From an uncultured Enterobacteriaceae bacterium (lineage in GTDB: Bacteria; Myxococcota_A; UBA9042): a stretch of DNA of 64,000 bases. Location: assembly GCA_964447285.1 (NCBI GenBank), contig CAYURO010000010.1:67729-131728 (forward strand). The letters are read 5' to 3'. Below, piece by piece: positions 18,591-27,648 of the stretch (position 1 is the stretch's first letter; the number at the start of each line of letters is the position of its first letter). The notes beneath the pieces were generated by a model. The model had not been told where the DNA came from, did no database searches, and saw only the letters and a program-made list of their open reading frames with translations. A program made the position numbers and the translations under genes.

Positions 18591-20369
18591 ATGAGCCGAG
18601 CGCTCGCATCCCCGCCTCCGCCCCCCAGCCCCATTGCCGGCGCGTCTTCGGCGCTGTTGCTTGGCCTGTTGCTGACGGGGTGCCTGCTGTCGGCGCATCA
18701 GGCGCTGTCGGGCGTGCGTTTCGAGGCCGAACGGACCGCCCAGGCTCTGGCCGCCTCGGACGCCGCCGCTCGGCTGGCCGGACAGCACGCCGCGCAAATC
18801 GAGAGCCGCGATGCGCAACTGGCAGCGCTTGAGCAGCGCGACACCCTGTTTACCGCCCAACTGTTCGTCACGTCTGCGGGAGGCATCGACGAGACCTACG
18901 GCATCGCCCGCGGCGCCGATCTCGTGTTCGGCAAGGCCACGGCAGACAAGGGGTTGCAAGAGGCCATCCTTGACCACGCCAAGGCGGTGGTGGCCGCTGG
19001 CGAAGACGCGCTGCGCAACGGCAAGTCGTTGGACCTGCCGCGCCTGACCCGGATGCTGCCAGACGGGCGCGCCTTGGTGGCCGTGCCCTATCGCACGCAG
19101 GCAGGCGGCAAGGAACTGGCGGGTGTGGCGGGTGCCGTGCTCAAGGCCGTGACGGCGCCGCAGGCGCCGCTCTGGATGGGGGCGCTGCCGCTGCTGGTCG
19201 CGCTGGCCTATGCCTGGCGGGTGCACGCGTCTCCCATGCGCGGGCGGGTGGCGGGGCTGGCCGGCATGGCCGTCTTGACCGCGGCGATTCTGGCGCTGGT
19301 GCCCGGCTTGCCGTCGGCGGCGTCCAGCTACGGCGGCTCGGCGGTGGGCGACTGGATCGTGCCGCACGGATCGGCAGCGGCCACCGGCACGGCGCCTGCG
19401 GTGGGGCTGTGGCTGTACCTGGGTGCAGCGCTGCTGGCGGCGGCCTTGGGGCTGTGCGTCACGCCGCTGGCCACGGTGCTAGACGCCTTTCGCAAGGACG
19501 CCGTGCCCTACCTGTACGTGGGCCCTGCCGTGCTGGCGACCGGCATCCTGATCTTCGTGCCGTTTGCCGTGGGCGTGGGCCTGTCGTTCGCCAGCCGCGA
19601 CGGCAACTTCGTCGGCATGGACAACTACGCTGAAGTCATCCTGAACGCCTTCGACCCCAACAGCTCGACGCGGTTCGCCCGCACGCTGGGCATGACGGTG
19701 CTGTGGACGGCCCTGAACATCTGCATGCATGTCGCACTGGGTCTGGGGCTTGCACTGGTCCTGAACCAGCCCAAGCTGATGGGGCGCAAGTTCTACCGTC
19801 TGCTGCTGATTGTGCCGTGGGCGGTGCCCAGCTACATCACCGCGCTGACGTGGAAGTGGCTGTTCAACACGCAATACGGCCCGATCAACGCGATGCTGGG
19901 CGTGTTGGGCATCGACAAGATCGACTGGCTGGGTCAGGGCGTGCTCACCAACTTTGCCGCGAACCTCGTCACCAACGTCTGGCTGGGCTTTCCGTTCATG
20001 ATGGTGATCTCGCTGGGCGCCCTGCAGTCGATCCCCTCTGAGCTGTACGAGGCCGCGGCCATCGACGGCGCCGGCGCTTGGCATCGGTTCCGCCACATCA
20101 CGCTGCCGCTGCTCAAGCCCGCGCTGTTCCCTGCCATCATCCTGGGCACCATCTGGACCTTCAACGCCTTCAACGTGATCTATCTGGTCAGCGGCGGCGG
20201 CCCCGACCACAAGACCGACATCCTGATCACCGAGGCCTATTACGCCTTTGCCGTCCTGCGCCAGAATGGGCTCGCGGCGGCCTACAGCGTCCTGATCTTC
20301 CTGCTGCTGCTCGGCTATACGCTCATTACCAACCGCAAGACTCGGGCCACGGAGGCCGTGAACGCATGA
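18591..20369 (+). CDS. ABC permease, MalF-like (large periplasmic P2 loop)
   Basis: Long N-terminal periplasmic region, multiple TM segments and the EAA loop ELYEAAAIDGAGAWHRFRHITLP. Confidence 0.85.
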   Translation: MSRALASPPPPPSPIAGASSALLLGLLLTGCLLSAHQALSGVRFEAERTAQALAASDAAARLAGQHAAQIESRDAQLAALEQRDTLFTAQLFVTSAGGIDETYGIARGADLVFGKATADKGLQEAILDHAKAVVAAGEDALRNGKSLDLPRLTRMLPDGRALVAVPYRTQAGGKELAGVAGAVLKAVTAPQAPLWMGALPLLVALAYAWRVHASPMRGRVAGLAGMAVLTAAILALVPGLPSAASSYGGSAVGDWIVPHGSAAATGTAPAVGLWLYLGAALLAAALGLCVTPLATVLDAFRKDAVPYLYVGPAVLATGILIFVPFAVGVGLSFASRDGNFVGMDNYAEVILNAFDPNSSTRFARTLGMTVLWTALNICMHVALGLGLALVLNQPKLMGRKFYRLLLIVPWAVPSYITALTWKWLFNTQYGPINAMLGVLGIDKIDWLGQGVLTNFAANLVTNVWLGFPFMMVISLGALQSIPSELYEAAAIDGAGAWHRFRHITLPLLKPALFPAIILGTIWTFNAFNVIYLVSGGGPDHKTDILITEAYYAFAVLRQNGLAAAYSVLIFLLLLGYTLITNRKTRATEAVNA

Positions 20370-21229
20370 GCCCCAAAGCCGCCCAAGCGCCCTCGCCGCT
20401 GTCTCGCATGGCCCCGCACTTGCTGCTGGTTCCCGTGACGATCGTGACGCTGTATCCGGTGTTGTACGTCGCCAAGCTGGCCTTTTCAGGCGTCGGGGGC
20501 ACATCAGCCTCGCCTTGGCCTTGGCCTGAGGTGTTCAGCTTGGACGCGTTCTCTGAGGTCGTGAACCGCACCGACGCGCAGGGCACGTGGCTGTTCGGTC
20601 GGCAGATGATGAACTCGCTGCTGGTGTCGGGCCTGACCACCGTGCTGGGCATCGTGCTGGCCTGCACCGCGGCGTATGGCTTTGCCCGCTTCGAATTCCC
20701 CGGTCGGCGCGCGGGGTTGCTGGCGTTCCTGGCTACACAGATGTTCCCCGGCATCCTGACGATGATCCCGTTGTACGTGCTGATGCAGAAGCTGGGGCTG
20801 CTGGACTCGATGCTGGGCCTGGTGCTGGTGTACGCGACGACGGCGATTCCGTTCTGCACGTGGACGCTCAAGGGCTATTTCGACACCCTGCCCAAGGAGA
20901 TCGAGGAGTCGGCCATCATCGACGGGGCCTCGCGCTTGACGATCTTCCTGAAGATCATCCTGCCGTTGTCGGCCCCCGCCATTGCCGTTGTCGCGCTGTT
21001 CTCGTTCATGACGGCGTGGAACGAGTTCGTCCTTGCCTACACCTTCCTGTCGCAGGAAGCGGCGTACACGATGCCGGTGCAGATTCGCAATTACGTGGGC
21101 GACAAAGACGTGCAGTGGTCGCTGTTCGCCGCGTCGTCGCTGATTGTCAGCATTCCCGTCATGGCCCTGTTCTACGCCGTCGAGAAGCACCTGGTGGGCG
21201 GCCTGACCGCGGGCGGCGTCAAGGGTTAG
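20366..21229 (+). CDS. ABC permease, MalG-like
   Basis: ATGA overlap with the upstream permease. Six TM segments and the EAA loop IEESAIIDGASRLTIFLKIILP. Confidence 0.85.
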   Translation: MSPKAAQAPSPLSRMAPHLLLVPVTIVTLYPVLYVAKLAFSGVGGTSASPWPWPEVFSLDAFSEVVNRTDAQGTWLFGRQMMNSLLVSGLTTVLGIVLACTAAYGFARFEFPGRRAGLLAFLATQMFPGILTMIPLYVLMQKLGLLDSMLGLVLVYATTAIPFCTWTLKGYFDTLPKEIEESAIIDGASRLTIFLKIILPLSAPAIAVVALFSFMTAWNEFVLAYTFLSQEAAYTMPVQIRNYVGDKDVQWSLFAASSLIVSIPVMALFYAVEKHLVGGLTAGGVKG

Positions 21230-21250
21230 CCAGCCGACATCGGGAGTTCC

Positions 21251-22069
21251 ATGCAAGCTGCCGTCGTGGGCCACGTCGAGTGGATCGACTTCGTTGCCGT
21301 TGCGCGCCTGCCAGTGTCGGGCGAGATCCTGCACGCCGACGCCTCGTGGTCCGAGCCTGCGGGCGGCGGGGGCGTGGCTGCGGCCGAAATGGCCCGCCTG
21401 TGCGGCCAGTCGACGCTGTTCACGGCGCTGTCGGGCGACGCGCAGGGTCGGCAAGCGCGGCAGGGACTCGAAGCGCTGGGGGTCCGCGTTCACTCGGTCG
21501 CCCGCGCGGAGGCCCAGGCGCGCGCCTTCACGCTGGTCGAACCCCACGGCGAACGCACCATTGTTGTGTACGGACCCAGACTTGCGCCGCACGGCGAGGA
21601 AGACCTGCCGTGGGCCGAGCTTGCGCGCATGGATGCGGTCTACTTCTGCAAGGGCGACGTGGCGGCACTGCGGGCTGCCCGACAGGCGCGGGTGCTGGTG
21701 GCAACGACACGCGTGCTGCCGCTGCTGCGGGAGGCGGGCCTCCAGGTGGACGCACTGGTGCGAAGCGCCGACGACCCGGGAGAAGCCTATGCCGACGGCG
21801 ACCTGACCCCAGCCCCGCGACTGGTGGTGGCGACTGAAGGGGCGCGCGGTGGCACCTGGCGGGACTGCGACGGCCGCCACGGGCGGTACCCGGCGGTGCC
21901 GCTGCCCGGAACTGCCCGCGACGCCTATGGATGCGGCGACAGCTTCGCGGCAGCGCTGGCCGTCGGTCTTGCGCGTGGACCGGACCTGGCGGCGGCGCTG
22001 CACCTGGCGGCCAGGTCGGGGGCGGCGGCGCTGTGTCGGGTGGGAGCGCATGGGCGCGGTCAGCCTTGA
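21251..22069 (+). CDS. PfkB-family carbohydrate kinase (ribokinase/fructokinase-like)
   Basis: GGGAG Shine-Dalgarno. PfkB signature 2 (AYGCGDSFAAAL) near the C-terminus. Confidence 0.75.
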   Translation: MQAAVVGHVEWIDFVAVARLPVSGEILHADASWSEPAGGGGVAAAEMARLCGQSTLFTALSGDAQGRQARQGLEALGVRVHSVARAEAQARAFTLVEPHGERTIVVYGPRLAPHGEEDLPWAELARMDAVYFCKGDVAALRAARQARVLVATTRVLPLLREAGLQVDALVRSADDPGEAYADGDLTPAPRLVVATEGARGGTWRDCDGRHGRYPAVPLPGTARDAYGCGDSFAAALAVGLARGPDLAAALHLAARSGAAALCRVGAHGRGQP

Positions 22070-22139
22070 CTTTCCCCCCTCGCAGCGGTTCAAGTGCGGC
22101 CCGCGTCCGCCGTACTCGGATCGGTCGCCCGGAGGCCCG

Positions 22140-22841
22140 GTGCTGCTGTCGGTCGTCATGCCCTGCTACAACGAGCAAGCGACCTTGCGAGCGATCGCGA
22201 CGCAGGTGCTGGCGCAGCCGTTCGACCTCGAGCTGCTGATCGTGGACGACGGCAGCCACGACGGCACCCACAACGTCGCCATGCAGCTGGCCCAGGAGTA
22301 CCCGGATCGCGTCCGACTGCTGGTCCAACCCGGGAACCAAGGCAAGGGTGCAGCGCTGCGGCGCGGCTTTGCCGAGGCGCTGGGCGACGTCGTGCTGGTT
22401 CAGGACGCCGACCTCGAGTACGACCCTTGTGACTACGGCAAGTTGCTCGAGCCCATCCTGACCGGCCGCGCCGACGTCGTGTATGGCAGCCGCTTCGCTG
22501 GACCCGCGCACAACCCTCGCACCCTGCACACCCTGGGCAATCGGCTGCTGACGGACTTGAGCAACGTCGCGACCGGCCTGCGCCTGACCGACATGGAGAC
22601 GTGTTACAAGGCCTTTCGCCGCCACGTGGTGCAGTCCCTGCGTCTGGAGGAGAACCGCTTCGGCATCGAGCCAGAGCTGACCGCCAAGGTCGCCGCCGTC
22701 CCAGGCGTGCGCGTCTGCGAGGTCCCCATCGCCTACCGCGGCCGCACGTACGCACAAGGCAAGAAGATCGGGCTGAAGGACGCCTTTCGCGCCGTCTATG
22801 CCATCACCAAGTACGGGGTGCTGACGCGCGTGCGCCGCTGA
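22140..22841 (+). CDS. Family-2 glycosyltransferase (DPM1/GtrB-like)
   Basis: LLSVVMPCYNEQ…DDGSHDGT…QDADLEYD, the GT2 DxD architecture. I prefer the GTG at 22140 with a GGAGG Shine-Dalgarno over the in-frame ATG at 22050, which overlaps the kinase. Confidence 0.7.
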   Translation: MLLSVVMPCYNEQATLRAIATQVLAQPFDLELLIVDDGSHDGTHNVAMQLAQEYPDRVRLLVQPGNQGKGAALRRGFAEALGDVVLVQDADLEYDPCDYGKLLEPILTGRADVVYGSRFAGPAHNPRTLHTLGNRLLTDLSNVATGLRLTDMETCYKAFRRHVVQSLRLEENRFGIEPELTAKVAAVPGVRVCEVPIAYRGRTYAQGKKIGLKDAFRAVYAITKYGVLTRVRR

Positions 22842-22888
22842 CCCCTGCAAGTTCTCGTCCCCCCGAAGCTTTCCCCCCTGAGGTCTCC

Positions 22889-24274
22889 ATGGAACACCTG
22901 CACCGCACCATCATCGAGCCGTTCCGCATCAAGGTCGTCGAGCCGCTGGGCATCACCACCCGGCCCGAGCGCGAGCAGGCCTTGAAGGACGCGCACTACA
23001 ACGTCTTTTCGCTGCACGCCGACCACATCCTGATCGACCTGCTGACCGACTCGGGTACGGGCGCCATGAGCGCGCAGCAGTGGGCGAGCCTGATGATCGG
23101 CGACGAGACGTACGCGGGCAGCCGCTCGTTCTACCGCCTCGAGAAGGTCGTGCAGTCGCTGACGGGCATGAAGCATGTGATCCCGACCCACCAGGGGCGC
23201 GCGGCTGAGCACATCCTGTTCGCCACGCTGGCGCAGCCTGGGATGGTGGTGCCAAACAACAGCCACTTCGACACGACGCGAGCGAATTGCGAGTTCTTCG
23301 GTGGTCTTGCGCTAGACCTGCTGCGCGACGATGCCAGCGACCCGCGCACCGACCTGCCGTTCAAGGGCGACATCGATCTCGCCAAGCTGCGGGCGGTCCT
23401 GGTCGAGCACCGCGGCCACGTGCCCTGCGTGATGCTGACCGTCACCAACAACCGCGGCGGCGGGCAGCCCGTCAGTCTGGCCAACATCCGGGCGACCCGG
23501 GCAATGTGCGACGAGTTCGGCGTTCCCCTGTTCCTCGACGCCGCCCGCTTTGCCGAGAACGCCTACTTCATCAAGGTCCGCGAGCCCGGTCAGTCGCACC
23601 GCACCGCACGCGAGATCGCCGAGGAGATGTTCCGCCTGGCCCACGGCTTTACCATGAGCGCCAAGAAGGACGGATTGGTCAACATCGGCGGCCTGTTGTG
23701 CATGGACGACGACATGCTGGCCGACAACTGCCGCACCCGCCTGATCCTGACCGAAGGCTTCCCGACCTATGGCGGCCTGGCCGGACGCGACCTGGAAGCA
23801 CTGGCGACGGGCCTCGAAGAGGTGACGGACGAGGACTATCTGGCCTACCGCCACGCCTCGATCCGCTATCTGTTCGACAAGTTGGACGCGCTGGGCGTGC
23901 CGATGATGCGCCCCCCGGGTGGCCACGCAGTGTACATGGATGCGGGCGCCTTCTACCCGCACATCCCCGCCTGGCAGTACCCGGGCGTCACCCTGACGAA
24001 CGCGCTGTACGTGGCGGGCGGCGTGCGCGGCGTCGAGGTCGGCACCGTCATGTTCGGCCGACCCGACCCCAACGGCGGTCACGACGAGTGTGCGTCGCTG
24101 GAGCTGGTGCGCCTGACCTTCCCCCGGCGCACCTACACCCAAAGCCACGTCGACTATCTGATCGAGTGCATCGCTGAGGTGTACCGCGACCGCGACAAGG
24201 CACCGGGTTACAAAATGGTGCGCCAGCGTCCGGTGTTGCGGGGCTTCACGGCGTGGTTCGAGCCGTTGGGCTAG
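22889..24274 (+). CDS. tnaA: Tryptophanase / beta-eliminating lyase
   Basis: Full-length match to the E. coli TnaA architecture (MEHLHRTIIEPFRIKVVEP…DLLTDSGTGAMS…IPTHQGRAAE…ARFAENAYFIK…SAKKDGLVNIGGLLCM…). The ARFAENAYFIK motif favours tryptophanase over tyrosine phenol-lyase. Confidence 0.85.
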   Translation: MEHLHRTIIEPFRIKVVEPLGITTRPEREQALKDAHYNVFSLHADHILIDLLTDSGTGAMSAQQWASLMIGDETYAGSRSFYRLEKVVQSLTGMKHVIPTHQGRAAEHILFATLAQPGMVVPNNSHFDTTRANCEFFGGLALDLLRDDASDPRTDLPFKGDIDLAKLRAVLVEHRGHVPCVMLTVTNNRGGGQPVSLANIRATRAMCDEFGVPLFLDAARFAENAYFIKVREPGQSHRTAREIAEEMFRLAHGFTMSAKKDGLVNIGGLLCMDDDMLADNCRTRLILTEGFPTYGGLAGRDLEALATGLEEVTDEDYLAYRHASIRYLFDKLDALGVPMMRPPGGHAVYMDAGAFYPHIPAWQYPGVTLTNALYVAGGVRGVEVGTVMFGRPDPNGGHDECASLELVRLTFPRRTYTQSHVDYLIECIAEVYRDRDKAPGYKMVRQRPVLRGFTAWFEPLG

Positions 24275-24283
24275 CCGTCGGGA

Positions 24284-25414
24284 CTAAACGAGCTTGCGAG
24301 CCAGCGTAGCCTCGTCCAGGCCCTCGTGCTTGCGGCGGATGTCGAAGTACAGCAGCACGAGCGCGATCGTCGGCAGCGGCAGGATGACCATCATCAGCAG
24401 GTCGCCCAGCACCTGGCTGAGGAACGGTGCCGACCCGAAGATCAGAGCCAGCAGCATCGCGGGGAACCAACTGAGGATCGCCGTCAGAATCCCCAGCACG
24501 ATCATGACGATCAGGATGCGCAGCCAGTCGGCCGACACCAGCTTGACGCTGCGCTTCAGGGCCTCGACGCCGGTCACGCCCTCGATCAGGACAACTGGGG
24601 CGACCATCGCGAACAGGAAGGACGCCACCAGACCCGGCACAACCAGCATCAAGGTGCCGACGGCCACAACCAGACCCGCCAACAGCAACGTGATGAATAG
24701 CGGGCCGAATTTGCGGCCCAGCGTTCCCCACGCCTTCTTGAAGTCGCCGGTGCCGCCCAGCATCAGGTCCGCCACTGCCGCCATCACCGCGCCACGCGTC
24801 AGCGGGATGGCAATGCCCTGCATCATCAGGGAGGTGACAAGCGTCGCGACCAGCCCCAGCAGCACGGCGACGATGCCGACGCCCACCGCCGCCAGACCCG
24901 CCCGGGGGTCGTAGGGGCTCACCGACAGGACCGCACGGGTTGGCAGCAAGATCAGCCAGTTCAGGCCCGCGCTGACGATCGACAGCGGCACGATCACGAC
25001 GGCGCACGTCAACAGCAGCGCCTGCCAGTGCTGCACGTACATGTCGAACGAGCGCTTGAAGATCACATCGATCCCCTCGACAGACACGCCGCCAGAGGTG
25101 GAGGGACGCTGCTGACTCGCCTGCTGCTGGTACGCCTGTTGCGGAGCCTGTGCGTAGGTCGGCGGCGCTTGATAGGCGGGCGGCTGTGGTTGCGCAGGCT
25201 GGGACTGGTACGCGGGCGGCGGAGGAGGCGGCGGTGGCGTCGCACCCGGCCAGTCCTGCGCGAGCTCGGCCATCGTACCGGCGCTGGTCCACTGCGCGGT
25301 CTCATCCTGATAGACATAGTCTTCGCGCTTGAGTTGGCCGGCGCGTGCACGCTCTCGCAGCTGATCGACCGTGACGCCAACCGACTGGCCGTCCCGGTGG
25401 ATGTAGTAGCCCAT
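24284..25414 (-). CDS. Polytopic membrane protein with an N-terminal DUF4339 (GYF-like) domain
   Basis: GGAGG Shine-Dalgarno. N-terminus GYYIHRDGQSVGVTVDQL…, a Pro/Gln-rich linker (PPPPPPPAYQ…), then about 6 TM helices. Confidence 0.7.
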   Translation of the reverse strand: MGYYIHRDGQSVGVTVDQLRERARAGQLKREDYVYQDETAQWTSAGTMAELAQDWPGATPPPPPPPPAYQSQPAQPQPPAYQAPPTYAQAPQQAYQQQASQQRPSTSGGVSVEGIDVIFKRSFDMYVQHWQALLLTCAVVIVPLSIVSAGLNWLILLPTRAVLSVSPYDPRAGLAAVGVGIVAVLLGLVATLVTSLMMQGIAIPLTRGAVMAAVADLMLGGTGDFKKAWGTLGRKFGPLFITLLLAGLVVAVGTLMLVVPGLVASFLFAMVAPVVLIEGVTGVEALKRSVKLVSADWLRILIVMIVLGILTAILSWFPAMLLALIFGSAPFLSQVLGDLLMMVILPLPTIALVLLYFDIRRKHEGLDEATLARKLV

Positions 25415-25672
25415 CTCGACCTCCTGAAATGCGTTGCATCCGACAAGGCGGGGCTTGTGCCGGATGCCGACTGGATTGTGCGAACCTGCGAGGTCGTACC
25501 GGGAGTCGCGTTTGGGCGCAAGCCCCCAGCCGCGCAAAGGTCCGCAGCGACGCCGAACCTTCACGCAAGAACAGTTTCTGCAACGAGGGGAAGCGGGTAT
25601 CGTGCGTCGTCCGGTCGCCCTCGTCGGCGACGTCCCACCGACCGTGTCACGCCCTGCTCGCCCCGAGGTTGC

Positions 25673-26152
25673 ATGTCCCCCAACTGGTCGCTGATGCGCG
25701 AAACGCTGCTGCTGAGGGCCTACGCGCTGCCCCGCATTCCGATGATCACGCTGCTGAGCCCGACCGTGGTGGCGCTGGACGACCAGCAGGCGGTTGTGCG
25801 GATCCCGCTGACCTGGCGGTCAAAGAATCACCTCGGCTCCATGTATTTCGGCGCGCTGAGCGTGGGCGCCGACTGCACCGGCGGTCTGCTGGCGATGCAG
25901 GAAATGCGGCGGCGGCCCGAAAAGATCGCGCTGGTGTTCAAGGACTTCCACGCCAACTTCCTGAAGCGGGCCGACGGCGACGTGCACTTCACTTGCCGCC
26001 AGGGCCCCGAGATCCGCGACCTGGTGCGGCGCGCCGCGGACACGGGCGAGCGCGTCGAGCTGCCCATGGACATCATCGCGACCGTACCTGAGAAGTATGG
26101 CGATGAACCGGTGGCCAAGTTCGTGCTGACGCTGTCGCTGAAGCGGCGTTGA
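25673..26152 (+). CDS. Hotdog-fold thioesterase-like protein (DUF4442-like)
   Basis: …IPLTWRSKNHLGSMYFGALSVGADCTGGLLAMQ… typical of the YiiD_C/DUF4442 hotdog family. Confidence 0.55.
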   Translation: MSPNWSLMRETLLLRAYALPRIPMITLLSPTVVALDDQQAVVRIPLTWRSKNHLGSMYFGALSVGADCTGGLLAMQEMRRRPEKIALVFKDFHANFLKRADGDVHFTCRQGPEIRDLVRRAADTGERVELPMDIIATVPEKYGDEPVAKFVLTLSLKRR

Positions 26153-26242
26153 CGGTCCTTGCGTGAACCGAATCAGTGCGAAAAGGCTCCAACGCTTCAC
26201 CGGACGACCGTCCGGCCCCACTCGCACCCGGACTCGCCCGCC

Positions 26243-27589
26243 ATGAAGCTCTCGCGCACCACGGTCTTTGCCTCGATCCCTGACCGCGACGACGTGCTGG
26301 TGGTCCAACCGCTGACGGCGCAAGTCGCTATTGTTGAAGCGGAAGCTGCGGTTGCGCTGCGCAACATCGAGAGCGGCGCCGCCCTGCCCGCCTCGCTGGA
26401 CCTCGACGTACTGCGGCAGGCGGGTTTCGTGGTGGACAGCCCGGGCCAGGACAAGGCGATGATGGCCGAGGCGTATGCTGATTTTCGCGAAGAACAGGAG
26501 AAGACGCCGACGCAGCTGATCGTGGTCCCCACTTTTGCTTGCAATTTCAAGTGCACCTACTGCTATCAGGAGCCGTTCGACCCCGACCAGGGCCGTCTTG
26601 TGTCGCCAGAGGTCATCGATGCCTTCTTCGCCTGGCTGGACCGCTTCCACGGCGCAGACGACCCCAAGCCCTACGTGACGCTGTTCGGCGGCGAGCCCTT
26701 GGTCGACACGCCGACCCACCACGACCGGTTGCGGCGCTACATGGACGGCGTGGCGGCACGTGGCCTGAAGCTGGCGGCCGTGACGAACGGCTACGATCTC
26801 ACTGCTTTTGCCGACGAACTGGCCGGTGGGCCGGTGCGCGAGGTGCAGGTCACGCTTGACGGCCCCGAGGCGGTGCACGACCTGCGTCGCGTCCACGCCT
26901 CCGGTCGCGGCACCTTCCACCGCGTCGTCGCCGGCATCCAGTCGCTGGTCGACCGCGGCGTGCCCGTAAACCTGCGCGTGGTGGCCGACCGCCAGAACCT
27001 GGCCGCCCTTCCGGAACTGGCGCGCATGTGCGACGACAAGGGCTGGCTGGACCTGCCGCAGGATCGCTTCAAGACGCAAATCGGCAGGAACTACGAGCTG
27101 TTCGGGTGTGCGAGTCGGCAGCGGCGCGAAGAACTGCTGGACCGCGCCGGGCTGTGGCGGTCATTCGTTGAGCTGTCCGAAGTCCATCCGGTCCTGCGCA
27201 AGTTTCACTCGCCGCGCTTTCACGGCATCGGCCACCTGGCCGCCACCGGCGAGTTCCCGATGGCCAACTTCGACGCCTGCCCGGCGGGCAAGAAAGAGTG
27301 GGCGTTTGCTCCCGACGGCAGCGTCTATGGCTGCACGGCCACCGTGGGCAACGAGAAGTACCGATTCGGCAAGTACTTTCCCGAAGTGGTGCGCGACGAC
27401 GACGCCACGGCCGACTGGGAGATGCGCAGCATCCTGACCATCCCCGAGTGCAAGACCTGCGCGCACGCCACCATCTGCGGCGGCGGCTGCGGGGCCATCG
27501 CTTCCGACCGCAACGGCACGCCCCTGTCGCCCGACTGCCGACCGGTGCCCGAGGTCATGGGGTTGGGCGTCCGCTACTACGGACTGTGA
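26243..27589 (+). CDS. Radical SAM / SPASM-domain enzyme with a ~95-aa N-terminal RRE-like extension (peptide/protein maturase type)
   Basis: CxxxCxxC at residues 100-107 (FACNFKCTYCYQ), a glycine-rich SAM motif (TLFGGEPL) and a C-terminal SPASM Cys cluster (CPAG…CTATVG…CKTCAHATICGGGCGAIA). The TTG at 26159 would overlap the upstream gene and is rejected. Confidence 0.85.
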   Translation: MKLSRTTVFASIPDRDDVLVVQPLTAQVAIVEAEAAVALRNIESGAALPASLDLDVLRQAGFVVDSPGQDKAMMAEAYADFREEQEKTPTQLIVVPTFACNFKCTYCYQEPFDPDQGRLVSPEVIDAFFAWLDRFHGADDPKPYVTLFGGEPLVDTPTHHDRLRRYMDGVAARGLKLAAVTNGYDLTAFADELAGGPVREVQVTLDGPEAVHDLRRVHASGRGTFHRVVAGIQSLVDRGVPVNLRVVADRQNLAALPELARMCDDKGWLDLPQDRFKTQIGRNYELFGCASRQRREELLDRAGLWRSFVELSEVHPVLRKFHSPRFHGIGHLAATGEFPMANFDACPAGKKEWAFAPDGSVYGCTATVGNEKYRFGKYFPEVVRDDDATADWEMRSILTIPECKTCAHATICGGGCGAIASDRNGTPLSPDCRPVPEVMGLGVRYYGL

Positions 27590-27648
27590 TGGTGTGGCCG
27601 CGACGAAGTGGAAGTCGCCGCCGCGCTTGCAGATCCGCAACCTGACGG

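Noticed and set aside
25429-26091. 220-aa ORF with a Cys-rich N-terminus (MRCIRQGGACAGCRLDC…) upstream of the rSAM gene, considered as a possible precursor
   Set aside because: It has no Shine-Dalgarno of its own (the apparent one is the complement of the DUF4339 gene's Shine-Dalgarno). It runs out-of-frame through the DUF4442 gene, and its composition is Arg/Ala-rich nonsense.
26159-26242. TTG start proposed by the ORF track for the radical SAM gene
   Set aside because: It would begin 7 nt after the upstream stop with no Shine-Dalgarno and add an Arg/Pro/His-rich leader. The ATG at 26243 gives the conserved N-terminus.
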